Shown here: one piece after another, positions 26,387-35,391 of the stretch | Layout: every line of letters starts with the position of its first letter | Position numbering within the stretch: the stretch's first letter is position 1 | Source: an uncultured Chlamydiae bacterium | GTDB lineage: Bacteria > Chlamydiota > Chlamydiia > Chlamydiales > CACLRR01 | Direction: 5' to 3' | DNA: 64,000 nucleotides | Assembly: GCA_902609415.1 (NCBI GenBank) | Contig: CACLRR010000004.1 | Coordinates: 20,643 to 84,642, forward strand | Notes under the pieces: model-generated | The model's input: only the letters and a program-made list of their open reading frames with translations | Told to the model about the DNA's origin: nothing | The model's database searches: none | Position numbers and translations under genes: made by a program

Positions 26387-27628
26387 TTTTTCCTTAGGAA
26401 GGAAAAATAATGCATCTACAAATCCTATTAAATAACACAGCGGTACAATAAATAGAGATAAGCGATAATCACTAAGAGCATAACTTGGAACATTATTGAT
26501 CATCACCCCATCCCAACCCTTCACTAATATCCACCCTATAATAGGCTGCAAAAGAGCTCCAGTAATCACAACAGCCATATTATTAAACCCAATACCAGTC
26601 GCAACACAAGAATCGGGCAACTCTTCTTTCACAAGAGCAAACGTAAGAATATGTGCAGCTGAAGCTAATCCCATAGAAAAGAGTAGGACATAAAGTACTA
26701 TTGAGGAAAGTGTAGAACTATAAATCACTATAAGAGAAACGAGAAAACCAACAGCAGAGGATATAACCAATATCACTCTCTTTCTATTAATGTAATCAGA
26801 AAGCCACCCAAAAAAAGGTGCACCAAGTCCCATACCTAGCCACATAAACATGATGTAGATGGCAGCTTGCACATTCGTAATCGAATATCCTTTAACCAAA
26901 AAAGGAACCCCCCAAAGACTTGCAAAAACTGCCATTGGCCCCCAACCAGAAAAAGCATATAAAGCTATCATCCAACTACTCTTCTTATGAATCACCTGGG
27001 ATAAATGTTTTTTAAGCGATCTTTCCTTAGGAATCATACACTCCCCTTTGTTCTGCCTAGGAAATTTATTGGTCAGAAAAAAAACTGCTATAATAGAAAG
27101 AAAAATTCCGATAAAGGCAAAAACATAGAGAGTATGTCTCCATCCATAAGTATTGACCGCATGCGCTAATGGAAGCTCTCCAAATATAGCACCAAACGCA
27201 GCAAGAAGTTGAGCTACACCAACTAAAAGTGCAAAATGCATCGGATTAAACCACCTAGCCGCGACAACTAAAACACCAACAAAAGCAAACGCTGACCCCA
27301 AACCCATCAAAAATCTTGATAGCGCAATCATCCATACTAAATCAGTTGTAGCAAAGAGGATTGCACCAAGGAAGCAAAATAATACTGCTATAGAAATAAG
27401 CGTCCTTACGCCAAAATGATCAAAGAGTAGTCCTACAGGTATCTGCATGAAAGCATAACTGTAGAAATAAAATGAACTTACAAGACCTAATGTTGCAGCA
27501 TTAATATGAAAATCGTACATTAAGCTGTGTGTCATCACACTTGTTGAGACCTGTAGGGCCATTTCATAACAAAGAAAAGTTGCTGCAATTGCATACATTA
27601 TACACCCACGCAGCGAAATACCACTCAT
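26369..27628 (-). CDS. MFS transporter
   Basis: 419 aa, 12 TM. MFS loop motif GLLFDHFGVRTL. Confidence 0.7.
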   Translation of the reverse strand: MSGISLRGCIMYAIAATFLCYEMALQVSTSVMTHSLMYDFHINAATLGLVSSFYFYSYAFMQIPVGLLFDHFGVRTLISIAVLFCFLGAILFATTDLVWMIALSRFLMGLGSAFAFVGVLVVAARWFNPMHFALLVGVAQLLAAFGAIFGELPLAHAVNTYGWRHTLYVFAFIGIFLSIIAVFFLTNKFPRQNKGECMIPKERSLKKHLSQVIHKKSSWMIALYAFSGWGPMAVFASLWGVPFLVKGYSITNVQAAIYIMFMWLGMGLGAPFFGWLSDYINRKRVILVISSAVGFLVSLIVIYSSTLSSIVLYVLLFSMGLASAAHILTFALVKEELPDSCVATGIGFNNMAVVITGALLQPIIGWILVKGWDGVMINNVPSYALSDYRLSLFIVPLCYLIGFVDALFFLPKEKLVVEC

Positions 27629-27703
27629 CTATGCCTCTCAATTTATTACTTGTAGTCTAAATAAATAGTGATTAAAGTGTACACCAAAACCGGGGTAAAT
27701 ACT

Positions 27704-28474
27704 ATGAAAAAATCCTTTTTTTGGTTATTCATTGGACCTATTTTTTCAATGACGTCAATCTTTTCTTCCGCAATTGCAACAACAGAAGTTAAACAAGATG
27801 AAAGTCAAGTAACTAAAGAAACACCTTCTCTTCGTATACTAGAAGAAAGATCAATTTTTTCATTTGCAGGAGGGCTTGGCATCCTATTTAATATTTCTCC
27901 CCTAAAAACTAATGATATCTTTCTTGGTATTGAAGATGTTGAAACATATGGTGCATCACCACAAGCTATAATAGAACTTAATACAAAATATAGGTTTTAT
28001 ACCTCTGAGAAAATGAATTATGGAATATCATTTAGTCTAATCACACCCCTAAACGAAGCAAAAGTGATAAAAGACGAGGCCATTCCAACAGAAGAGTCTA
28101 TCTCTTATAGAATATCCCCTATACAAACTACCTCCTTATTCCTGGAAAAAAAATTAACTAATACAATTACTCTCGATTTTGGATTTGGAGCCATGATAGC
28201 TCAGGAGGAAGTAAAAAATGCAGATTACTCAATTAAAGGTGCTGTAATCTCAAATATTGGAGATTTTCTCGCATCCCCCTATATAGAATTTGGTCTTGGA
28301 GGTAGGATCAATGATAAGACTAAGCTTACAATGAAAATCTTCCACGGCCATGATTTTGAAGAGAGGACATTTGATAATGCCTTAGAGATCTGGACAGCCG
28401 ACTCAACTTCATTAAATAATACCCATGAATATACTGTAATAGGTACACTATTTAGCTTTGAAAAAGTCTTCTGA
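27704..28474 (+). CDS. putative outer-membrane beta-barrel protein, paralog 1
   Basis: Signal peptide MKKSFFWLFIGPIFSMTSIFSSAIA. Alternating hydrophobic strands and a C-terminal ...FSFEKVF. About half the positions match paralog 2 by eye. Confidence 0.6.
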   Translation: MKKSFFWLFIGPIFSMTSIFSSAIATTEVKQDESQVTKETPSLRILEERSIFSFAGGLGILFNISPLKTNDIFLGIEDVETYGASPQAIIELNTKYRFYTSEKMNYGISFSLITPLNEAKVIKDEAIPTEESISYRISPIQTTSLFLEKKLTNTITLDFGFGAMIAQEEVKNADYSIKGAVISNIGDFLASPYIEFGLGGRINDKTKLTMKIFHGHDFEERTFDNALEIWTADSTSLNNTHEYTVIGTLFSFEKVF

Positions 28475-28660
28475 CAAAAGAATATAGGTGTTTTTTTTTG
28501 AAAAAACTTCCCCTCCACTACAGTTGTCCTAACTACTCATTAGTAATTTAGTACATTAATGCTATCTACAAGGAAAATCTAAGCACTATATCTGTAAAGT
28601 TTTTTCTTGTACTCTAATGAAAAATCAACTAGGATTCACACAAAAAAGCAGGAAAAAATC

Positions 28661-29431
28661 ATGAAAAGAGCAATTTGTATCTTAGCAACATCAGTTTGTA
28701 CAATCGTCTCAATCTTTTCATCTGCAATTGCAGATACAGAATTGAATAAAATGATTAGTAAAACAAATGATGAACAATTACCCACTACTAGTATACCGCA
28801 AACATCAAACATTTCAGTATCAGCAGGTTTTGGCGTTCTCTATAATATTTCTCATCTAGCGGTCAAAGACATCTTTAACAGTAATGAGGATCTTACAGTG
28901 CTTGGTGCAGCACCACAGGCTATGGTAGAAATCAATACAAAATATAGATTCTACAATTCCGAGAAGATGAATCTTGGAGTATCAGTAGGTCTCATGTTGC
29001 CCCTTCACGACGGAAAAATCATCAATGATGAACTTGCTGGAACAGAGGACCCTATAGCTCATACTGCTAATCCAATGGTAACCCCCTTTATATTCCTAGA
29101 AAAAAAAATAGGCAACACTACACATAGTATAGATATAGGCGCTGGAGGAATGATAACAAAGGCAGAAGTTAAAAATGGCGATTTTACGGCAGGAGGAAAA
29201 ACAATATCAAATAGTGGGGATTACCTTTCCTGTATGTATTTAGAATGGGGTCTTGGAACTAAGATCAATGATAGAACTAGGCTTACGATGAAAGTGTTCT
29301 ATGCAAATGATTTTGATAAGAAAAAATTTGATGATGCTATAAACACATGGGGGGCTGGCACTGACTCATTAGAGAACACCCTCAAGTTCATTTTATCAGG
29401 CACTATATTTAACATTGAAAAATCCTTCTAA
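28661..29431 (+). CDS. putative outer-membrane beta-barrel protein, paralog 2
   Basis: Signal peptide MKRAICILATSVCTIVSIFSSAIA. C-terminal ...FNIEKSF. Colinear with paralog 1. Confidence 0.6.
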   Translation: MKRAICILATSVCTIVSIFSSAIADTELNKMISKTNDEQLPTTSIPQTSNISVSAGFGVLYNISHLAVKDIFNSNEDLTVLGAAPQAMVEINTKYRFYNSEKMNLGVSVGLMLPLHDGKIINDELAGTEDPIAHTANPMVTPFIFLEKKIGNTTHSIDIGAGGMITKAEVKNGDFTAGGKTISNSGDYLSCMYLEWGLGTKINDRTRLTMKVFYANDFDKKKFDDAINTWGAGTDSLENTLKFILSGTIFNIEKSF

Positions 29432-29445
29432 TCTTGGAATAAGAA

Positions 29446-30171
29446 ATGTCTTGGAAAAACCTCGTCTTTTATATAATTGCAGCAGCTACGCCCCTTCAGA
29501 TCCTATCAAATGAAAGTAGCCCAACTCAATTAAGAGGTATGAAGAAAGCACTGACTGCCGATAAAAAGACTACACCCCATCAATTCTCTTTTGCCACATC
29601 TATTGGCTACCTTTTTAATCACAGTAAGGTAAATCTTTTTCACGGCGTTTCAAATATTGAATTGCAAGCATCCTCTCCCCAATTATCACCTACTATAAAT
29701 TCGAGTTACAACTATAGTATTAACGAGAAAATGAAGCTAGGTACAGAGATTTTCTATATATTTCCATTAGATAATGGTTATCTTACTACAGATATCAAAG
29801 ACATCTTCTTTGAGAAAAATCCATTAGTCGGATTTACTTTTTCATTTGCTAGAGAACTAAATAATCTTTCTAATCTTGCTATTAAGCCTGGAGCGCTAGC
29901 TACAAGGGTTATTCTCTCAAGCAAGGAGAAAAGGTGCTCTGAAACAATTAGTAACTATGGCAACTACCTCATATTACCCCAAATCTCACTTCAGTTAAAA
30001 ACCAAGCTAGGAGCATGCTTCCTATCCATGGATTGTACCTATATAAATGATTTCATTGGTGAAAGAGGCTTTAATCCCTCAGATAACCCTGATGGATTTT
30101 GTGATCCTGAAAACTGCACTTTAAAATGGAGGGCTTCTATCTTCTCCCTTTCTCTTACCGTTCCACTGTAA
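29446..30171 (+). CDS. putative outer-membrane protein, divergent Cys-containing paralog 3
   Basis: Has a signal peptide and shares blocks with paralogs 1 and 2 (F..S.G.LFN, EKM.LG). Five Cys in the C-terminal third. Confidence 0.5.
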   Translation: MSWKNLVFYIIAAATPLQILSNESSPTQLRGMKKALTADKKTTPHQFSFATSIGYLFNHSKVNLFHGVSNIELQASSPQLSPTINSSYNYSINEKMKLGTEIFYIFPLDNGYLTTDIKDIFFEKNPLVGFTFSFARELNNLSNLAIKPGALATRVILSSKEKRCSETISNYGNYLILPQISLQLKTKLGACFLSMDCTYINDFIGERGFNPSDNPDGFCDPENCTLKWRASIFSLSLTVPL

Positions 30172-30289
30172 ACAATTATTGCTTACTTCTATTAGTAAGA
30201 CATGATCTGCCTATATCACTACACATAATAATCCTTATAATGGCAAATTTATTAATATATAAATAAATAAGGATAAATATAAAATTATG

Positions 30290-30298
30290 AAAAAAAAA
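30290..30298 (+). repeat. A9 homopolymer immediately after an out-of-frame ATG (30287)
   Basis: ATG-A9-TAA as written. Removing one A joins the ATG to the frame that is open from 30291 into the pentapeptide-repeat ORF. Confidence 0.9.
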
Positions 30299-30446
30299 TA
30301 ATATTAAAACTCCAGTATGTGAAGACATCAACGACTTTAATAATGACACTTCAGGTGGACCAAATAAATGCTTTACTGGGACATGTAGTGATGATTGTAC
30401 ATTTGCAGACGGTATAGATTTTAGTGGTTTAGCATTTAAGGAGGTA

Positions 30447-31871
30447 GTGTTTAATAATGCTAGTTTTACTGACGTAAGAATGGATAATGTAAGGTTTGAA
30501 AGTTGTGAATTTAAAGGAACTACCCTCTTTAATAACATCGACTTTAAATCCGTTACTTTTTCTACAGGAAAACAACAAAAGGGAGGAAGTACTCCTTGGG
30601 AGTCTACTATACTAGACAACTCTCAATTTACTAATATTCAAAATCTAAAATTTTATAACTTTTCTGTACAAAATTGTATGTTTAATGAAGTAGATTTTTC
30701 AACACTAAATATATCAGACAGCAAAAATATGATTGATTTTTCAGGTTCAACATTCACTTCCTGTAGTATGAAGGGGGCTGATTTAAGAAAATGTAAACTG
30801 CAAAAAGCAACATTTTTTGCAGCAAAATTAGCTGATGCAAAGCTTAATAATATAGACCTAACAGATAGTAAGTTTACTGAACAAACTGACCTTACTGGCG
30901 CAGATTTTACTAAGGCAACTCTTAATAATGCTAATCTCAGTGGGTCAAATCTTACTAATGCTACTCTTAATGGGACAATTCTTACTGGAACAAATCTTTC
31001 AAGTACAATTCTTACTGGAGCAGTCCTAACAAAAGCTGATTTTACAAAGGCTAATCTTAAAGAGAGCACCTTTGATTCAGATACCAAGATAGATTCTACT
31101 ATCTTTAATGAGTGTACATTTCTAAAGGCCGATATTAATGGGCTACAGAGACTAAATCTCACAAATGGACTTATATTCAATAAAACCAAATACACAAAAA
31201 TGGTTACCTTCCTTATGGAAGCTGGATGGATAGAAGCTCCTTGTCCCTCAATAGTTGTTGCCACAGATAACTATACCTACAAAGTAATAACAGCTAATGG
31301 GTTTGGTATACATCCAGTCCCTTCTAAAACTGGAAAAGATACCATGGGACTCCCCGTATCAGACGTAGATTTTTCACACAGCTATATAATATGGGAGAAT
31401 TTCACAGCCCCCGTTGCAGCAAGTAATGCTTATTTCGAAAATTGCAAATTTGATAATGCAACTATTACTGCAATAGACGCCGATATACTACAGCCCTCAT
31501 TTATAGATTGTAATTTTGACCAGACATGGTTCTCAGCATATGGGAAAGGTAAATTTGAGTTGCTAACCTTCATAGGATCAACTACAGGCCTCAGTACAGG
31601 AAGTTTTGATCCTAGCGCTCAGTGTATATCTATGATAAAATGTACATCAGCTCAGTATAATGAGCCCGTTGCTCCAGCTTTCCATCCATACTGCTTAATT
31701 AAAGGCAAATTGTCTAGTGGTTCATGTGGCACATGTTTCGAAAAGATTTCTCAAGGTGTCAGTGAAGATGAAAATAACATCGTTTTTAGCTGGATGATAG
31801 TAATAAAAAACTTTCTTAGATCAATAAAATTAAGAATAAAAAAACACTGGAGCTCATTCAAATTCAGGTAA
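30447..31871 (+). CDS. pentapeptide-repeat protein. 5' end uncertain: frame open from 30291, so a possible frameshifted or phase-variable gene
   Basis: Long run of A(D/N)LxX pentapeptides (ADLTGADFTKATLNNANLSGSNLTNATLNGTILTGTNL...). GTG 30447 sits 2 nt after AAGGAGG. Confidence 0.7.
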   Translation: MFNNASFTDVRMDNVRFESCEFKGTTLFNNIDFKSVTFSTGKQQKGGSTPWESTILDNSQFTNIQNLKFYNFSVQNCMFNEVDFSTLNISDSKNMIDFSGSTFTSCSMKGADLRKCKLQKATFFAAKLADAKLNNIDLTDSKFTEQTDLTGADFTKATLNNANLSGSNLTNATLNGTILTGTNLSSTILTGAVLTKADFTKANLKESTFDSDTKIDSTIFNECTFLKADINGLQRLNLTNGLIFNKTKYTKMVTFLMEAGWIEAPCPSIVVATDNYTYKVITANGFGIHPVPSKTGKDTMGLPVSDVDFSHSYIIWENFTAPVAASNAYFENCKFDNATITAIDADILQPSFIDCNFDQTWFSAYGKGKFELLTFIGSTTGLSTGSFDPSAQCISMIKCTSAQYNEPVAPAFHPYCLIKGKLSSGSCGTCFEKISQGVSEDENNIVFSWMIVIKNFLRSIKLRIKKHWSSFKFR

Positions 31872-31895
31872 TAATCATACAGTAATATTCAAAAT

Positions 31896-31978
31896 TGGGC
31901 AGGGCTGGATTCGAACCAGCGTACACTTACGTGAGCAGATTTACAGTCTGCCGCCTTTAACCACTCGACCACCTACCC
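31896..31978 (-). tRNA. tRNA-Tyr (anticodon GUA), long variable arm
   Basis: Acceptor GGGTAGG/CCTGCCC, anticodon stem GCAGA/TCTGC with loop CTGTAAA, T arm GCTGG-TTCGAAT-CCAGC. Confidence 0.9.
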
Positions 31979-31995
31979 AAAAAATCATGGGAACA

Positions 31996-32068
31996 TGCCG
32001 ACAGAGGGGATCGAACCCCCGACCTACTGATTACAAATCAGTTGCTCTACCAGCTGAGCTATGTCGGC
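31996..32068 (-). tRNA. tRNA-Thr (anticodon UGU)
   Basis: Acceptor GCCGACA/TGTCGGC, anticodon stem ACTGA/TCAGT with loop TTTGTAA, T loop TTCGATC. Confidence 0.9.
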
Positions 32069-32151
32069 AATGTGCATATAATTTAGCAAAAGAATATCTT
32101 TTATCTCAAGTAAAGAATCAACTTTCTTCAATGGCTTCTATTTTCCTAAAT

Positions 32152-32439
32152 TCATTTCTCAAAGTCTTGAGCTTCTTTAGAGTCTTGAACTTCTTCAGAC
32201 TCTTGAGCTCCTTTAAGTCCTATATCTGCTTTAACTTTCTCATTTCTTTCCGTAACTACACTAGTATAACTCCTTCCAATTTGACTAAACTGATTCTGGA
32301 AAACTGACTCCCCCTTTTCTGAAGAGGTTTTTAACACTGTCGCATTCATCCTTTCTAGCTTAGATTTCAATGCGCAACACTTCTTATATTTTTTTCCTGA
32401 TCCACAAGAACAGGGAGCGTTCCTATTATTACCACCCAT
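32152..32439 (-). CDS. SEC-C motif protein
   Basis: N-terminal PCSCGSGKKYKKCC metal-binding SEC-C motif. Acidic 6-aa repeats at the C-terminus. Confidence 0.6.
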   Translation of the reverse strand: MGGNNRNAPCSCGSGKKYKKCCALKSKLERMNATVLKTSSEKGESVFQNQFSQIGRSYTSVVTERNEKVKADIGLKGAQESEEVQDSKEAQDFEK

Positions 32440-32501
32440 TTTACACTCACTTGATTTTCATATCCTATTAGCCTATACTACCACACAAAAAGGCTTTTGT
32501 C

Positions 32502-33230
32502 ATGGTTCAATTAGAAAAATCAAAGCTCAATAAAAAATTAGAGAGCACAATTCGCAAAGCCTGCTATGATTTCTCCCTTATTACTACTAATCAAACCATT
32601 GGCCTAGCTCTTAGTGGAGGCAAAGACTCTCTGACACTACTACACCTACTATACCAAATCTCAGGAAGGGGCTTTCCCCCTTTTAAAATCCATGCCTTCT
32701 ATGTCTCAGGTCAATACTCCTGCGGCCCCTCAATCACAGAAAAATTTCTAAAAGCGCACTGTGACAAACTAAAAATTGAACTCTCAATACTTAAGCAAAA
32801 AGACAACACTCTCCCTTCAAACTGCTATTCCTGCTCAAGAGTTCGTCGGACACTACTCTTTAATGCAGCAAAAGAACAGGGTATCGACACCATTGCATTT
32901 GGTCATCATAAGGATGACAGTAATGAAACACTTTTAATGAACTTACTTCACAAAGGTGAGTTTGCGTCAATGCTACCAAAGATCAAGATGAAAAAGTATA
33001 ATACTACCATTATTCGTCCCATGATCTACATTCATGAAAAAGAAATCATCTCCTTCGCAGAGGAAAATGAGTTTCTTAGGTTCACCTGCCAATGTCCGAT
33101 CGGACAAACTTCAGATAGAAATAATATGAAAAAAATAATCACTCAGCTTGAATCTAATTATTCAAATGTACGTAATAATTTAGCTCGAGCTAGCATGCTT
33201 TACGGATCTGACAAAGCACTAAAAAATTAG
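32502..33230 (+). CDS. ttcA: PP-loop ATPase, tRNA 2-thiocytidine synthase (TtcA)-like
   Basis: PP-loop LALSGGKDSLTLL. CYSCSRVRR and CQC cysteine motifs. Confidence 0.6.
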   Translation: MVQLEKSKLNKKLESTIRKACYDFSLITTNQTIGLALSGGKDSLTLLHLLYQISGRGFPPFKIHAFYVSGQYSCGPSITEKFLKAHCDKLKIELSILKQKDNTLPSNCYSCSRVRRTLLFNAAKEQGIDTIAFGHHKDDSNETLLMNLLHKGEFASMLPKIKMKKYNTTIIRPMIYIHEKEIISFAEENEFLRFTCQCPIGQTSDRNNMKKIITQLESNYSNVRNNLARASMLYGSDKALKN

Positions 33231-33288
33231 CCTTTCGGTTAACAGACTCTTCGCTTATAATACCTCCAAACTCTACTATATATATTAC

Positions 33289-34725
33289 GTGCCTAAACTT
33301 TTTGCTGTAGCCCTCTATATACTTATACTTATTATTATTGCTATTGTTTCTAAACGCAAGCAACAGACATCTAGTGACTTTCTCCTCGGCGGAAGAAAAA
33401 TGAATTTCTGGCTCACTGCACTTGCAGCACACGCAAGTGACATGAGTAGTTGGATTTTTATTGCCTACCCAGCTGTCATCTTTAGCTTAGGACTCTTTCA
33501 GGCGTGGGCAGCCATCGGACTTACACTCTTTATGTTTATCAACTGGAGCCTTATCGCTCCAAGACTTAGAAAGGAAACAGAGAAATATAATAGTCTCACC
33601 CTTTCTTCCTATCTTGAAAGTAAATTCAAAGATACTACCGGGTTTATTAGAGTTTTCACTGCAATCATCTCACTTATCTATTATACTATTTACATCTCAA
33701 GTGGGCTCGTTGGCCTAGGCATACTACTTAACTCTATTTTTGGAATCTCTCTAATTTTAGGCACAACTATTGGTATACTTATCATCATCCCCTACCTCTT
33801 TGTCGGTGGGTATGTTACCCTTGCCTGGACCGATTTCTTCCAAGGGATTTTTTTACTCCTAGTCATTCTATTTGTTCCACTCTTTCTGCTCTCAGACATG
33901 CCAAGTCTACCTTCAATATTAGAAAAAATTTCATCAATGAACCACCTTAAACCCTTCTTTCCAGATTCTAGTTTTTCAACAATTATCTCCATCATCCTCC
34001 TTACCTGCGGATGGGGCCTTGGTTATTTTGGTCAACCCATTATCCTCACTAAATTCATGGGTATAAAAAATGTTACAGATATGCCAAAGGCTAAATGGAT
34101 AGGTGTCTCGTGGCAAATTTTAGCTCTTTGTGGGGCAACATTAATCGGTGTCATTGCAATCTCATACTTCCAACAGTCTCAATTAGACCCACAACATGTA
34201 TTCATAAGTATCGTTTTACAAAATTTCTCACCATTTTTTGCAGGATTTATACTTTGCGCTATTCTTGGAGCTACAATTACCTGTATGGACTCCCAAGTTC
34301 TTGTCCTAGCCTCAAACCTCACTGAAGACTTCTATAAACGTATCTGGAATAAAAAGGCTTCTTCAAAAAAATTGATATTTATCTCGCGAGTTAATATTTG
34401 TATTGTTGCATTTATTGCATACATTATCTCTATATTTTCAACTGAATCAATCTTTAATATGGTTTCCTATGCCTGGTTTGGGCTTGGTGCTTCTTTTGGC
34501 CCTATCATCATCTTCAGCCTCTATACCAAGAACACTAACCGCTTTGGCGCCTATGCAGGTATCCTTTCAGGAGCAATTATTGCAGGAATTTGGCCTTGGA
34601 TTAATAAATTAACCTCCACTAGCACCCCTACACTTATCCCTGGATTCTTTATTAGCTCTCTTTCAATTTGGACCATATCTAAACTCACAAAATCATATAA
34701 AGAAAAACAAAAATCACTTCGATAA
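33289..34725 (+). CDS. sodium:solute symporter (PutP-like, SSS family)
   Basis: 478 aa, about 13 TM. N-terminal ...DFLLGGRKMNFW motif is typical of the SSS family. GTG start. Confidence 0.7.
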   Translation: MPKLFAVALYILILIIIAIVSKRKQQTSSDFLLGGRKMNFWLTALAAHASDMSSWIFIAYPAVIFSLGLFQAWAAIGLTLFMFINWSLIAPRLRKETEKYNSLTLSSYLESKFKDTTGFIRVFTAIISLIYYTIYISSGLVGLGILLNSIFGISLILGTTIGILIIIPYLFVGGYVTLAWTDFFQGIFLLLVILFVPLFLLSDMPSLPSILEKISSMNHLKPFFPDSSFSTIISIILLTCGWGLGYFGQPIILTKFMGIKNVTDMPKAKWIGVSWQILALCGATLIGVIAISYFQQSQLDPQHVFISIVLQNFSPFFAGFILCAILGATITCMDSQVLVLASNLTEDFYKRIWNKKASSKKLIFISRVNICIVAFIAYIISIFSTESIFNMVSYAWFGLGASFGPIIIFSLYTKNTNRFGAYAGILSGAIIAGIWPWINKLTSTSTPTLIPGFFISSLSIWTISKLTKSYKEKQKSLR

Positions 34726-35145
34726 TTTCTTGCTATCACAATATTTTGCCAACCGATAAAGAGGTTCCCTTTGAGCATTTTCAATAATCTCCCTGCACCC
34801 ATTTATATTCATTAATCGCACCAGCTCATACTTTAAAATATCACTAGCAAAATAATCATTTGTCTTATTTCCTGAAGTTGCAATCAAACTCTTTTCTTTT
34901 GAGCTCACCTCTATCATGATATCAACAAGCAGCTCCATCTTCTTCTCTATACTGCCCCTAATCTTCTCTAGATCCTGAGCATTCCTAACACCCTGTAAAT
35001 CCAAAACCAAATCCTTAACTATGGACTGCCCCTCCATTTCATACTCATAAAATGTATTTGGGCTGCAACCTACTGTAAGCAGAGTTAAACCAAAGATAAA
35101 AAGCACTCTAAATAAAGCCATGAGGTTATCATAAAATAAATCCAT
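34714..35145 (-). CDS. hypothetical lipoprotein
   Basis: Signal peptide ending LLTVGC (lipobox-like). 143 aa. Confidence 0.45.
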   Translation of the reverse strand: MDLFYDNLMALFRVLFIFGLTLLTVGCSPNTFYEYEMEGQSIVKDLVLDLQGVRNAQDLEKIRGSIEKKMELLVDIMIEVSSKEKSLIATSGNKTNDYFASDILKYELVRLMNINGCREIIENAQREPLYRLAKYCDSKKLSK

Positions 35146-35204
35146 TATTTGTAAAGTTTATCTTGTGAAAAACGTCCATCTTTATTAGACTATTTGTCAT
35201 ATTA

Positions 35205-35278
35205 GGGCGCTTAGCTCAGCTGGTTAGAGCACCTGCCTTACAAGCAGGGGGTCACAGGTTCGAATCCTGTAGCGCCCA
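35205..35278 (+). tRNA. tRNA-Val (anticodon UAC)
   Basis: Acceptor GGGCGCT/AGCGCCC, anticodon loop CTTACAA, T arm ACAGG-TTCGAAT-CCTGT. Confidence 0.95.
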
Positions 35279-35294
35279 AAAAGCACTTAAGTAC

Positions 35295-35368
35295 GGACCG
35301 GTAGTTCAGCTGGTTAGAATGCCTGCCTGTCACGCAGGAGGTCGCGAGTTCGAGTCTCGTCCGGTCCG
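35295..35368 (+). tRNA. tRNA-Asp (anticodon GUC)
   Basis: Acceptor GGACCGG/CCGGTCC, anticodon loop CTGTCAC, T arm GCGAG-TTCGAGT-CTCGT. Confidence 0.95.
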
Positions 35369-35391
35369 TTTCTTATTAAATAAGGAACAAA

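Noticed and set aside
30176-31264. Minus-strand ORFs 30176..30619 and 30653..31264.
   Set aside because: Both are antisense to the pentapeptide-repeat gene and its open upstream frame. Repetitive DNA keeps the opposite strand open by chance, and the translation is itself a mirror repeat (VRxxP...).
27600-32100. The OMP triplet plus pentapeptide gene considered as a tRNA-associated genomic island.
   Set aside because: I could find no integrase, transposase, or direct repeat of a tRNA 3' end. The accessory character remains possible but is unsupported as a mobile element.
31987-32307. 106-aa + strand ORF, and similarly ORF 35319..35519.
   Set aside because: Both overlap tRNA genes (tRNA-Thr, tRNA-Asp). 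Their N-terminal 'protein' is just translated tRNA sequence.
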